DNA from: Cyanophora paradoxa CCMP329
Lineage: Eukaryota; Plantae; Glaucophyta
NCBI GenBank assembly: GCA_004431415.1
Contig: QPMI01000423.1
Span: forward strand, 124,001 to 188,000
DNA: 64,000 nucleotides
Direction: 5' to 3'
Shown: positions 38,130 through 51,480 of the stretch, in pieces
Layout of the letters: each line of letters starts with the position of its first letter
Position numbering within the stretch: the first letter of the stretch is position 1
Notes under the pieces: model-generated
The model's input: only the letters and a program-made list of their open reading frames with translations
Told to the model about the DNA's origin: nothing
Database searches by the model: none
Translations under genes and position numbers: made by a program

Positions 38130-41100
38130 ACGAAAGCGCGCCAGGGACGCGCCAGAGCGGTCAGAATGACAGCCAAGAGCGCGCGCATCGCGGCAAGCTC
38201 GATGTCGGCCGCCGCCGACGCTCCAGTCCGAAGAGTCAGCCGAAATTTTGATCCTGCCGGTTCCGGCCGGTCCCCCGACGCGCGCATTCGATGCGTACTG
38301 GCGCGCATAGACATAGCAGGGCCTGCGCACTCCAGATATCCGCTTTTCGGAGCCGGAACAGCGCAGGAAGGTGCCCGACAGCAGAAATTCGATCCTCCAC
38401 GGTCCCGGGCACCTTTCCGCGCGCCGACGCCGCGGCGCATGCGCGGATCAATAGCATAAGCATTCGAGATGTAGAAGAAGCCTTTCGCACGGTCTCAAAA
38501 TGCGCCGGGCCGCGAGGACCCAGCCGTCCCCGAAAATTCGATCCTGGACGGACCTGCACATCTTTCCGCGCGCCCTCGCGTCCTCACCCATGCCCATCGC
38601 TACAGTATTCATTTGAGATCTAAACGAAGCCTTCCGCAAGCTCTGTGGACGCGAAAGAGCACGAGAACCCAGCCGACGCCAAATTTTCGATCCTGGACAG
38701 GCCGGCACATATTTCCGCGCGCCCTCGCCTCCGCAGCCCTGGACATCGATCCTGCGTCCATTGGAGACTCTATTTAAGCGATCTTCGGGCGAAGCCTCTT
38801 CCGTATGTCAATGGTGAACGACCGGTTCTATTTTTTTTCCAATCGAATCCGATTGGTCCGAGCGTCCAGATTCGCAACCTCCGCAATGAAGGCGACCGAT
38901 CCTCGAGGTGACTTGGCTGTCCGCGGACGTGACACTTATTTTTGGACTCGAAGCTCCCCTAAGACGATCGCTCTCCCGTCGGCGTCGCGCGAAAATCGCA
39001 TTTCCCTCCAGGATCAATACCGGTATTTATACCCCGGGGATCGATCGCGAAACTCCAAAAAGTGGGACCCGGTCCCGCGACGAAAGCGCGCCAGAGACGC
39101 ACCAGAGCGGGCAGAATGAGAGCCAAGAGCGCGCGCATTGCGGCAAGCTCCATTTCGGGCGCCCTCAATGCTCCAGTCCAGAGAGTCAACCGAAATTTTG
39201 ATCCAGCCGGTTCCGACCGGTCCCGCGACGCGCGCATTCGATGCGTACTGGCGCGCATAGACATAGCAGGGCCTGCGCACTCCAGATATCCGCTTTTCTG
39301 AGCCGGAACAGCGCAGGAAGGTGCCCGACAGCAGAAATTCGATCCTCCACGGTCCCGGGCACCTTTCCGCGCGCCGACGCCGCGGCGCATGCGCGGATCA
39401 ATAGCATAAGCATTCGAGATGTAGAAGAAGCCTTTCGCACGGTCTCAAAATGCGCCGGGCCGCGAGGACCCAGCCGACCCCGAAAATTCGATCCTGCACG
39501 GACCTGTGCATCTTTCCGCGCACCCTCGCGTCCTCACCCATGCCCAACGCTACAGTAATCATTTGAGATCTAAACGAAGCCTTTCGCAAGCTCTGCGGCC
39601 GCGACAGAGCACGAGAACCCAGCCGACGCGAAAATTTCGATCCTGGACAGGCCTTCACATATTTCCGCGCGCCCTCGCCTCCGCAGCCCTGGACATCGAT
39701 CCTGCATCAATTCGAGACTTTGTTTAAGCGATTCATAACCCCTGTACATGCGCCTGGTCGCGAGAACCTCGCCCATCCCCTCAACAATCTCCTCTCAATT
39801 TCCTCAGAACCTGGAGCTCAACTACAACTACCTGATTGGCAGCACCACTCCTCCCCTCATTATATTCGCTCTCAGGGACAGCTCTTCTCTCTCAGGGACA
39901 GGGAATTTCATTATTAAATTCTTTCAGGACAGCTCCTCTCAGGACAACTCCTCCCATAATTATATTCCCTCTCACCAGCCCTCCCCTCCCCTCTCCCTGC
40001 CCCAATCATGCAATAGGCTACGTATACTGACAGCCGCGACGGACCACGATAAATAATTATAAGGGGGACGTGCCCTGCACGGAAACAACCCCCCTACTTA
40101 ATTTCCCTCTCATGATCACCAAACTTTGAAACCTCCCCTCCCCTCTCCGCAATAAAGACGAACGGTCTCGCATGTAACACAGTACCCCACGGACGTTACA
40201 TAGACGTGACATTTATTTTTGGACTCGAGGCTCCCCTAAGACGACCGCTCTCCCGTGGGCGTCGCGCGAAAATCGAATTTCTCTCATGGATCAATTCCTG
40301 TATTTATACCCCGGGGCTCGATCGCGAAATCCCAAAAAGTGGGACCCGGTCCCGCGACGAAAGCGCGCCAGGGACGCGCCAGAGCGGTCAGAATGACAGC
40401 CAAGAGCGCGCGCATCGCGGCAAGCTCGATGTCGGCCGCCGCCGACGCTCCAGTCCGAAGAGTCGGCCGAAATTTTGATCCTGCCGGTTCCGGCCGGTCC
40501 CCCGACGCGCGCATTCGATGCGTACTGGCGCGCATAGACATAGCAGGGCCTGCGCACTCCAGATATCCGCTTTTCGGAGCCGGAACAGCGCAGGAAGGTG
40601 CCCGACAGCAGAAATTCGATCCTCCACGGTCCCGGGCACCTTTCCGCGCGCCGACGCCGCGGCGCATGCGCGGATCAATAGCATAAGCATTCGAGATGTA
40701 GAAGAAGCCTTTCGCACGGTCTCTAAATGCGCCGGGCCGCGAGGACCCAGCCGACCCCGAAAATCCGATCCTGGACGGACCTGCGCATCTTTCCGCGCGC
40801 CCTCGCGTCCTCACCCATGCCCATCGCTACAGTATTCATTTAAGATCTAAACGAAGCCTTCCGCAAGCTCTGTGGCCGCGACAGAGAACGAGAACCCAGC
40901 CGACGCCAAAATTTCGATCCTGGACAGGCCTTCACATATTTCCGCACGCCTTCGCCTCCGCAGCCCTGGACATCGATCCTGTATGCATTCGAGACTATGT
41001 TTAAGCGATTCGCAAGCTCTGCGCATGCGCCTGGCCGCGAGAACCTCGCCCGTCCCCTCAAGAATCTCCTCTCAATTTCCTCAGGGCCTCGACCTCAACT

Positions 41101-42007
41101 ACAGCTAGCTGATTGGCAGCACCACTCCTCCCCTCATTATATTCTCTCTCAGCTGAACCAATTCCCCTCAGGACGGCTCCTCTCAGGACAACTCCTCCCA
41201 TAATTATATTCCCTCTCAGCAGCTCTCCCCTCTCCCTAGGCCTGCCCCACCGACCAAGCCCCTCCTCAAGCTCCTCTTAATTCTCCTCTTATTATAAAGC
41301 TAGCTGCCCTGCACGAAAACTGCTCCCCTAATTATATTTCCTCTCACCAGCCCTCCCCTCCCCTCTCCTCTCCCCCACCGACCCAGAGACAGCCACGACG
41401 GGCCGCGATGAAAAAGGGGGGCGCGAGGAGGGCGGCAGAGGCTTCGCCCGATGTTTGGGACCCGCAGGGGCCCAGGGCTTGTCCGTATGTCAATGGTGAA
41501 CGACCGGTTCTATTTTTTTTCCAATCGAATCCGATTGGTCCGAGCGTCCAGATTCGCAACCTCCGCAATGAAGGCGACCGATCCTCGAGGTGACTTGGCT
41601 GTCCGCGGACGTGACACTTATTTTTGGACTCGAAGCTCCCCTAAGACGATCGCTCTCCCGTCGGCGTCGCGCGAAAATCGCATTTCCCTCCAGGATCAAT
41701 ACCGGTATTTATACCCCGGGGATCGATCGCGAAACTCCAAAAAGTGGGACCCGGTCCCGCGACGAAAGCGCGCCAGAGACGCACCAGAGCGGGCAGAATG
41801 AGAGCCAAGAGCGCGCGCATTGCGGCAAGCTCCATTTCGGGCGCCCTCAATGCTCCAGTCCAGAGAGTCAACCGAAATTTTGATCCAGCCGGTTCCGACC
41901 GGTCCCGCGACGCGCGCATTCGATGCGTACTGGCGCGCATAGACATAGCAGGGCCTGCGCACTCCAGATATCCGCTTTTCGGAGCCGGAACAGCGCAGGA
42001 AGGTGCC
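38130..42007. repeat. Complex satellite (segment 2)
   Basis: Same unit as segment 1; 38805 and 41487 start near-identical copies 2682 bp apart. Confidence 0.95.
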
Positions 42008-45000
42008 GTAGCACTCTGGTAGGGACTCGGAAAAACCGGAGCCAAGTCCCGAAACGGGCCCAAATCCGGGTACAGGAAATCGGCCGGCAAGGCGCGCGAG
42101 CTCGCTCCAGGCGCACGATGCTGCAAGCCGGAGCGAAGAATAGCAGGACGCGACCCAAGGGCAAAGTAGTCCGGCCTTCCCGGAGCGACCACTTCCGCGG
42201 GCTCCGCCTTCGCGCCCTTGGTGTCCAGCCAGAGAATTCCGAACGGCAGCTTCTGCCGGATTCAGCGCAGATCGAAGGTATGAGACTGATGTAGCATCTT
42301 TCTCTGCAAGAGGCTAGGAAGCACGCGTTCGGATTCTGAACGCTGACCCGCCGAACCTCAGGTCCGCCCGAAGCGCCTCCCGGCGGTCCTGCGGGCGTTC
42401 AGCAACTGCAATATGGTCCAGAGCCACGTGCGTGCTCAAGAATGGAGCCCCCGCGGCGCCCGGGGCCGTTCCCGCCACCGCGCCCTGACTTAGCGCGTTC
42501 GCAGCCGTAGTTCCGGCTCCAGCGAGCAGCAGCATCGTTTCGGAGGCCTGCAGTGCATCATTCCATCGTGCGGGCGCTCCGCGCTCTCGGGCGTGCGGCT
42601 CTGATACGCGTGCTTGCAGAGCCCTTCGGCGGCGTCGCCGGCAGCGTTGCCTTCCCACTCTACAACTTTGCGCACGATGACTACGTATACAGTGCGTTCC
42701 CACACTACTACTACCGCTAGCGCTTGCCGTCCGCGCCGGATGCGATTTGATCCTCGGTCCGCAGCGCCGCCCGCGGTGCCAGCCTACTCTTTCGCGTACG
42801 CGGACGCTCCAGAGCAGCCCGCGAGCTCGAGCAGCCCCGGTGCGTTTGCACGCCCGCCCACGCCCCGCCGCGCCCGCCTGATTCGCCCGCGCCTTCGATG
42901 CAGAGGATGCACTCGCGTGGGAGCTCCGCCGCCCGCCCGAGCAGCAGCAGACAGCAGCAGATTTCCTTGTTCAATTGGAGAAAGATGGCGGCGAGGCGAG
43001 GGGTGGCGCGGGAGAGGCGGGAGTCGCTAAATACCGGGTGTCGGGCGAGGCTGCCCTGAGGGAGGCGAACGCTGCGTTAACGGAGATGCTAGAGCGGGAA
43101 AGGAAGGCGAAACGCTCACTTGAAGAGCCTATTTTGAAGCTTCTGATTCCAAATATGCAAGTCTCAGAAGCTGGAGATGAGCCGGTGCGTTCACAGCAGG
43201 CCGCCAAATTTGAACCGGCTGCATATACTTTCCGCTGCGGAATGCATTCCCCGGACCTCCCGCCCGGCGCGCAGCATGCCACGAACATTCTATATCGATT
43301 AGAGATGAGTATATAGGCCGCGAAGCCCCCAGCGCCGCTCCGCGGGACGGCGCGTGCGAAAACTGCCCCGCTGTGCCGAAAGCGAACATCGCGCTTCATG
43401 TTTATTGCACATTTAGATAAAGAATCATCCTAACGACCTCCGCGCATCCTTACGCGCGGGAATAGGGAAGGTGCAGAGGAGCGCGGCAGTCCAGAGGGTT
43501 CTCCTGGGGAGATCTCGGGCCCGGGCTCCTCGCTGGCTGCGGCGCCGGGCGCCGCGCTCGGCGTGTGGATGGCCCATGCCAAGACGCGCACGGGAAGCCG
43601 CGCGGAGCCGCCCGCCGCCGCCGCCGTGCCGAGAAATGAGGACCTGAAGGAAGGTCACTGCGAAATCATGTACCCCCCCGTAGGGGTACGCACCGCTTGC
43701 CCGTACCCGGCGCCGTCGGGCCGCGCAAGTCCGGCGGTCCGGCGCGCCTCCGGTGGCCCGGGACGGGTCGGGAGGTCCGTCCTAGGGAATAGTGTCAGAA
43801 TAATGTCAGAATAAGGTCAGGCGGAGGGCGTTCAGAACCGGGCGATCTAAAAGCACGTCGAAGCGCGCATTGAAGAGTCATTTGAGATTATGCAAAGAGC
43901 TTAAGAGCGGCGCCGCGGTCTGGCGAGCGCGCACCAGAAAAGCGCGGAGCTCCGCAGCCGTTTCGCGTGGGGAGCTCGCCTGCGAAATCTGAACAAGCAG
44001 AACTCGAGATTAGATGCAGACTAGTGCGCGGGGAAGGAGAGCGGGCCCGGCCCAGCGATTCCCGTGGCCCAGCGGCCCGGCAACGGTGCCAGGAAGTCAT
44101 CTCTAAAAGTGATCTGCCGGACCGGAGACTATGCTTTTTAAACTCGTATTGAAGCCCTCTATAAGCCTACGTGGTCGGCCGAAAGTTGATTTTTACCCCC
44201 CAGGGAGACCTTCGTACCTGGAGGCGGCGGACGCCGTCCCCGACCGCCACGGCCTCCGCGAGGGCGCCAGATCGATCCCCGACAATCTGGGAGGCAAAAA
44301 TATGTTAGAAGAGCATTGAAGAGACATTTAAGATGATTGATGGGGCTTAAGAGCGGCGCCCTGGCCCTGGCGCTAGATCCGCAAAGGAAGCTCCTCGCGG
44401 AATCGAAGGGGGTCGAAAGGCGGTCCCCCGTACTCTACTCCCTCAGAGGAGCTGCCTCCGCTAAGAAAATTTTGGGAGGAATCGCCGCCCTGGCGAGCGC
44501 GCACCCGAAACGCCCGGAGCTCCTCAGCCGTTTCGCGTAGAGAGCTCGCCTGCGAGATCTGCGAGTTCCAGGATTGAGGTTAGATGCAGACTAGTGCGCG
44601 GGGAAAGAGAGCGCGCCCGCGGCAGCGATTCCCGTGGCCCAGCGGCCCGGCAACGGTGCCAGGAAGTCGTCTCTAAAAGTGAGGTGCCGGGCCCGTCACT
44701 ATGCTCGTTTAACTCGTATTGAAGCCCTCTATAAGCCTACGTGGTCGGCCGAAAGTCGGTTCTCCCCCCCCTAGGGACCCCTCGCACCTGGGCGAGCTCG
44801 GCGAAGGGCGCACCGCGAGCACCGCGAGGGGGGAAGGAGCGGCGGAGGACCCGCTCCCGCGCGGTCGTTTCGCGAGCATCTGAGGCGAGGATAACGGCAA
44901 TGCGCAGCGATTGGGGCGGGGGCGCACGGGTGCGGCCGCGCGACCATCGAACTGCGGCGGGGGTCGGCGCTCGGGCGCAGCGCGGCAGCGGGCGCGGCTC

Positions 45001-45969
45001 GCCTGCAACAGGATCAACCGGAGAGATGTTGCAGAGCGTTGCGCGTGCGCGGTGCGTCGTCCGCCTTCGACGGTGCAAGCAATCCGCACGAAGCCGGCCG
45101 ACCTGTGCGAAACAGCGTCAGGACGAGCCCTAAGCATGCGCGATCCTTCAATCATCCTTTTCTGCGCGAGGAACGACGGGCGGCGCCGCACCTGGGCGCG
45201 CGGCTGTCGGTTGTCCGAGGTGCGCCGGGGCAGGGAGCCGAAGAGGCGCGCGGACGCCTGTAAAAGGAGCCCGGGACGCTGTTTCCGGTAGCTGTGGGCT
45301 ATCTAAGCCGGAAAAGCTCGCCGGTGGAAGGTTGGCTGACGAATCCAACGTGCCGCTCGGCTGCTGCTGGCCGCTCGGACGCGCGGACCGCACACCCGCA
45401 CGGTGGGACGGCCGAGAGGCTCCCCGTGGCAGCTACAGGTGCAGTAGCTATCGGGAGAGGCTCCTGACAGGCGATCGGCCTGCTTGATTGTCAGCGGCAC
45501 TGTTGCGCGCGACCGACTGTCGCCCGCGACCTAACCTAGCGCACCAATAGTGTCCTGCAGGCAGGGAGATGCCGCTGCTGCTCGCTGGGCGCCCGCGCTA
45601 CGAGGCTTGCGCGACGCGGCCGCGGGGGCGGTGCGGGTCGGTAGGCGGGGAGTGTCTCGCGGCATTCCAGAACGCTCTTGGATGCTATACTATCACTTCT
45701 GGAGGCGTTGCTGCCGCCTGCTGATCGGCACGCCGCTCCGGAGGCTATCCGAAGGTGCCGGTCGCTTGCCGACCGCCCGAAGCTCACACTGCTCGCCCGG
45801 GGACGCGGCGAGTTGCGATCCGGGTATTATCGAACTAGCTAAGAACGTTTGGCATGCTGCCGAAGCCGGGGCACGCGTGCTCGAGATCCTGAGATTGCAA
45901 AAGCTGGCCGTTTTGTAATAGGGTATCCCCCCTAACTCCGGTTTTTCCGAGTCCCTACCAGAGTGCTAC
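42008..45969. mobile_element. Non-autonomous TIR DNA transposon (3962 bp)
   Basis: Perfect 34-bp TIR GTAGCACTCTGGTAGGGACTCGGAAAAACCGGAG at 42008-42041 and 45936-45969; TSD GTGCC (or TGC with a 35-bp TIR); satellite resumes in register; no transposase ORF seen. Confidence 0.92.
43921..44756. repeat. Internal ~265-bp direct repeat, 2 copies 570 bp apart
   Basis: 43921-44186 matches 44491-44756, e.g. AACTCGTATTGAAGCCCTCTATAAGCCTACGTGGTCGGCCGAAAGT. Confidence 0.85.
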
Positions 45970-48900
45970 GTGCCCGACAGCAGAAATTCGATCCTCCACG
46001 GTCCCGGGCACCTTTCCGCGCGCCGACGCCGCGGCGCATGCGCGGATCAATAGCATAAGCATTCGAGATGTAGAAGAAGCCTTTCGCACGGTCTCAAAAT
46101 GCGCCGGGCCGCGAGGACCCAGCCGACCCCGAAAATTCGATCCTGCACGGACCTGTGCATCTTTCCGCGCACCCTCGCGTCCTCACCCATGCCCAACGCT
46201 ACAGTAATCATTTGAGATCTAAACGAAGCCTTTCGCAAGCTCTGCGGCCGCGACAGAGCACGAGAACCCAGCCGACGCGAAAATTTCGATCCTGGACAGG
46301 CCTTCACATATTTCCGCGCGCCCTCGCCTCCGCAGCCCTGGACATCGATCCTGCATCAATTCGAGACTTTGTTTAAGCGATTCATAACCCTGTACATGCG
46401 CCTGGTCGCGAGAACCTCGCCCATCCCCTCAACAATCTCCTCTCAATTTCCTCAGAACCTGGAGCTCAACTACAACTACCTGATTGGCAGCACCACTCCT
46501 CCCCTCATTATATTCGCTCTCAGGGACAGCTCTTCTCTCTCAGGGACAGGGAATTTCATTATTAAATTCTTTCAGGACAGCTCCTCTCAGGACAACTCCT
46601 CCCATAATTATATTCCCTCTCACCAGCCCTCCCCTCCCCTCTCCCTGCCCCAATCATGCAATAGGCTACGTATACTGACAGCCGCGACGGACCACGATAA
46701 ATAATTATAAGGGGGACGTGCCCTGCACGGAAACAACCCCCCTACTTAATTTCCCTCTCATGATCACCAAACTTTGAAACCTCCCCTCCCCTCTCCGCAA
46801 TAAAGACGAACGGTCTCGCATGTAACACAGTACCCCACGGACGTTACATAGACGTGACATTTATTTTTGGACTCGAGGCTCCCCTAAGACGACCGCTCTC
46901 CCGTGGGCGTCGCGCGAAAATCGAATTTCTCTCATGGATCAATTCCTGTATTTATACCCCGGGGCTCGATCGCGAAATCCCAAAAAGTGGGACCCGGTCC
47001 CGCGACGAAAGCGCGCCAGGGACGCGCCAGAGCGGTCAGAATGACAGCCAAGAGCGCGCGCATCGCGGCAAGCTCGATGTCGGCCGCCGCCGACGCTCCA
47101 GTCCGAAGAGTCGGCCGAAATTTTGATCCTGCCGGTTCCAGCCGGTCCCCCGACGCGCGCATTCGATGCGTACTGGCGCGCATAGACATAGCAGGGCCTG
47201 CGCACTCCAGATATCCGCTTTTCGGAGCCGGAACAGCGCAGGAAGGTGCCCGATTTCAAAAATTCGATCCTGCACAGTCCTGGACAACTTTCCGCGCGCC
47301 CAGGCCGCGGCGCACGCGCGGAACAATAGTATAAGCATTTGAGATAAAGAAGAAGCCTTTCGCACGGTCTCTAAATGCGCCGGGCCGCGAGGACCCAGCC
47401 GACCCCGAAAATCCGATCCTGGACGGACCTGCGCATCTTTCCGCGCGCCCTCGCGTCCTCACCCATGCCCATCGCTACAGTATTCATTTAAGATCTAAAC
47501 GAAGCCTTCCGCAAGCTTTGTGGCCGCGACAGAGAACGAGAACCCAGCCGACGCCAAAATTTCGATCCTGGACAGGCCTTCACATATTTCCGCACGCCTT
47601 CGCCTCCGCAGCCCTGGACATCGATCCTGTATGCATTCGAGACTATGTTTAAGCGATTCGCAAGCTCTGCGCATGCGCCTGGCCGCGAGAACCTCGCCCG
47701 TCCCCTCAAGAATCTCCTCTCAATTTCCTCAGGGCCTCGACCTCAACTACAGCTAGCTGATTGGCAGCACCACTCCTCCCCTCATTATATTCTCTCTCAG
47801 CTGAACCAATTCCCCTCAGGACGGCTCCTCTCAGGACAACTCCTCCCATAATTATATTCCCTCTCAGCAGCTCTCCCCTCTCCCTAGGCCTGCCCCACCG
47901 ACCAAGCCCCTCCTCAAGCTCCTCTTAATTCTCCTCTTATTATAAAGCTAGCTGCCCTGCACTCCGTTGGTCGATGGTGAACGTCCCCATCTATTTTTTT
48001 CCACTCGAGTCCGATTGGTCCGACCGTCCAGATTCGCAACCTCCGCAATAAAGGCGACCGGTCCTCGAGGTGACTTGGCTGTCCGCGGACGTGACACTTA
48101 TTTTTGGACTCGTGGCTCCCCTAAGACGATCGCTCTCCCGTCGGCGTCGCGCGAAAATCGAATTTCCCTCCAGGATCAATTCCGGTATTTATACCCCGGG
48201 GCTCGATCGCGAAACTCCAAAAAGTGGGACCCGGTCCCGCGACAAAAGCGCGCCAGGGACGCGCCAGAGCGGTCAGAATGACAGCCAAGAGCGCGCGCAT
48301 CGCGGCAAGCTCGATGTCGGCCGCCATCGATGCTCCAGTGCAAAGAGTCGGCCGAAAGTTTGATCCTGCCGGTTCCTCCCGGTCCCGCGACGCGCGCAAT
48401 CGATGCGTACTGGCGCGCATAGACATAGCAAGGCCTGCGCACTCCAGATATCCGCTTTTCGGATCCGGAACAGCGCAGGAAGGTACCCAACAGCAGAAAT
48501 TCGATCCTGCACGGCCCCGGGCAACTTTCCGCGCGCCAACGCCGCGGCGCATTCGCAGAGCAATAGTATAAGCATTTGAGATGTAGAACATGCAATCTCC
48601 ATGCTTAACAGATGCGCCGGGCCGCGAGGACCCAGCCGACCCCGAAAATTCGATCCTGGACGGACCTGCCCATCTTTCCGCGCGCCCTCGCGTCCCCACC
48701 CATGCCCATCGCTACAGTGTTCATTTGAGATCTTAACAAAGCCTTCCGCAAGCTCTGTGGGCGCGACAGAGCACGAGAACCCATCTGACGCCAAATTTTC
48801 GATCCTGGACAAACCTGCACATATTTCCGCGCGCCCTCGCCTCCGCAGTCCTGGACATCGATCCTGTATGCAGTAGAGACTCTGTTTAAGCGATCCGCAA

Positions 48901-49755
48901 GCTCTGCGCATGCGCCTGGCCGCGAGAACCTCGCCTCTCCCCTCAACAATCTCCTCTCAATTTCCTCCGGGCCTCAACCTCAACTACAGCTAGCTGATTG
49001 GCACCACCACTCTTCCCCTCATTATATTCTCACCAATTCCCCTAATAACATAATTATCTCCCTCCCCCGCCGACCCATTGACAGCCGCGACGGGCCGCGA
49101 TGAACAAGGGGGGCGCGAGGAGGGCGGCCGAGGCTTCGCCCGATGTTTGGGACCCGCAGGGGCCCAGGGCTTGTCGGGCGAAGCCTCTTCCGTAAGTTGA
49201 TGGTGACCGCCCGAAATTATTTTTTTTCCACTCGAATACGATTGGTCCGAGCGTCCAGATTCGCAACCTCCGCAATGAAGGCGACCGGTCCTCGAGGTGA
49301 CTTGGCTGTCCGCGGACGTGACACTTATTTTTGGACTCGAGGCTCCCCTAAAACGATCGCTCTCCCGTGGGCGTCGCGCGAAAATGAATTTCCCTCCAGG
49401 ATCAATTCCGGTATTTATACCCCGGGGCTCGATCGCGAAACTCCAAAAAGTGGGACCCGGTCCCGCGACGAAAGCGCGCCAGGGACGACCCAGAGCGGTC
49501 AGAATGACAGCCAAGAGCGCGCGCATCGCGGCAAGCTCGACTTCCCCCGCCCTCGATGCTCCAGTGCAGAGAGTCGACCGAAATTTTGATCCTGCCGGTT
49601 CCTCCCGGTCCCCCGACGCGCGCATTCGATGCGTACTGGCGCGCATAGACATAGCAGGGCCTGCGCACTCCAGATATCCGCTTTTCGGAGCCGGAACAGC
49701 GCAGGAAGGTGCCCGATAGCAAAAATTCGATCCTCCACAGCCCCGGGCAACTTTC
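45970..49755. repeat. Complex satellite (segment 3)
   Basis: 45970-47960 closely matches 39321-41310; array ends abruptly mid-unit after CAACTTTC. Confidence 0.95.
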
Positions 49756-50000
49756 CACAGTGCTTCAGCGCCGCGTTTTGAGCCCAGGATTAAGGTCTGG
49801 GGCCGCATGATGTCAGCATGATGCCGCAATGATGAAAAGTGATGCCGAGTCACGGTTTTTGAATTTTTTTGGGAGAACGTAGTGAAGTAACTTGGCTCGG
49901 ATCCGAACCCGAGCAAAAAGTTTGTATGGGGACGAGAATAGCGCAAATCGCTGCCCCGCGGCCGCAATCGCTGCCCCATGCGCGCGCCGCCGGCTAGCGG
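49756..50000 (+). mobile_element. Probable left end of a CAC-terminus DNA transposon; extent unknown
   Basis: Satellite breaks at CACAGTG; short subterminal repeats GCATGATG(C/T)C and AATCGCTGCCCC follow; no matching right end in the window. Confidence 0.45.
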
Positions 50001-50619
50001 CTTTCCCATTGATCCTCTATCGGGTCCTCCGGGCCGTTTTGGGGCTTTCCCGTCAAAAATTTTCCCAGCCATCTCATTGGTCGAGCGGGGGCACCAGGAA
50101 GAGGCAATAACAGGTCCCACAACTCGCGCCGAGCGACCTCCGCTGGCGATGCGCATCGAACCTAGAGCGTCTAACAAGAGCGGCGAGCGATGCGGGAGCC
50201 GCGCGCGTTGCGCGGATCGCCCTGATGATGCGTGGAGCCAGAAAAAAACGCGAAAAAAACGCGCTTTGCCTACCCCGTGAAGCAAAAGAACTGGCTTCCC
50301 GCACGCCATGGAGCTCCCTGAGAAGTGCAAGCGCGGTGTCGGCGAGATAGGACCAGCCGCGTCGAGAAAGCCCACGCGCGCGACCAGCAGCCGCTCAGAA
50401 TGCGCTGCACGACCTGCCTTGCAAGCACGACGGAACTTCTTCAGGACGTCTCTGCCAGGCTTCTGTGCCCCTGCCCGTCGCGCAGCCGCCCGGCTGAACT
50501 GCTGCCGATCGGCTGAACTGCTGCCGATCGCAGTACTAGTTGAACTGCTCCGCCGCTGGCTTCTAGCACTAAGATACTGCTGCAGTTCGTGAACCTGCTC
50601 ATCCTGACTTGGCGGCAGG

Positions 50620-51480
50620 GCGCGCGCCGGGCGCTGGTCGGAGTCGTAAAGGCCTTGGCGGGCTGCAGCGCGCGCCGCGGCGGGCCGCCGGGCTCGCCGA
50701 ACGTGGCGGGCGGGCGGGCGGCGACGCGGCTCTCCGTACGGGCCGGAGGCTCGGCGGGCGGCGGCGCGGCTCGCTGGACGGGGCGGAGGCGCGCCGGGCG
50801 GCCCACCGGCCCAAGCTCAACGGCAGCGCGGCTCGCTGGATGGGGTGAAGGCGCGGCGGGCGGCGGCGCGGCTCGCCGGGCGGGGCAGCGGCCCGGCGGG
50901 CGGCAGCGCGGCTCGCCGGGCGGGGCGGCGGCCCGGTGGGCGGCGGCGGGGCTCGCCGGGCGGGGCGGGGGCCCGGCAGGCGGCGGCGCGGCTCGCCGGG
51001 CGGGGCGGGGCCCGGCGGGCGGCGGCGGAGCTCGCCGGGCGGGGCGGAGGCCCGGCGGGCGGCGGCGCGGCTCGCGGAGCGTGGCGGGAGACGCGGCGGG
51101 CGGCGGCGCGGCTCGCCGGGCGGACGGGGGCCGGCGGGCAGCGGCGCGGCTCGCCGGGCGGGGCGGAGGCGCGGCGGGCAGCGGCGCGGCTCGCCGGGCG
51201 GGGCGGAGGCGCGGCGGGCGGCGGCGCGGCTCGCCGGGCGGGGCGGAGGCCCGGCGGGCGGGGCGGGGGCCCGGCGGGCGGCAGCAGGGCTCGCCGGGCG
51301 GGGCGGGGCCCGGCGGGCAGCGGCGTGGCTCGCCGGGCGGGGCGGGGGCCCGGTGGCGGTGGCGCGGCTCGCCGGGCGGGGCGGAGGCGCGGCGGGCGGC
51401 GGCGCGGCTCGCCGGGCGGGGCGGGGGCCCGGCGGGCGGCAGCGGGGCTCGCCTGACGAGGCGGGGGGCGCGGCGGGCGG
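50620..51480. repeat. Extremely GC-rich degenerate minisatellite, ~37-bp unit
   Basis: About 15 or more copies of CGGCGCGGCTCGCCGGGCGGGGCGG-like units. Confidence 0.9.

Noticed and set aside
49756-49800. Complete V(D)J-type recombination signal sequence
   Set aside because: Only the heptamer is present; no ACAAAAACC at 12- or 23-bp spacing
19650-50375. Many 60-460 aa ORFs in the satellite, including 48990-50375
   Set aside because: Frames differ between copies because of indels, no domains are recognisable, and 48990-50375 crosses an insertion junction
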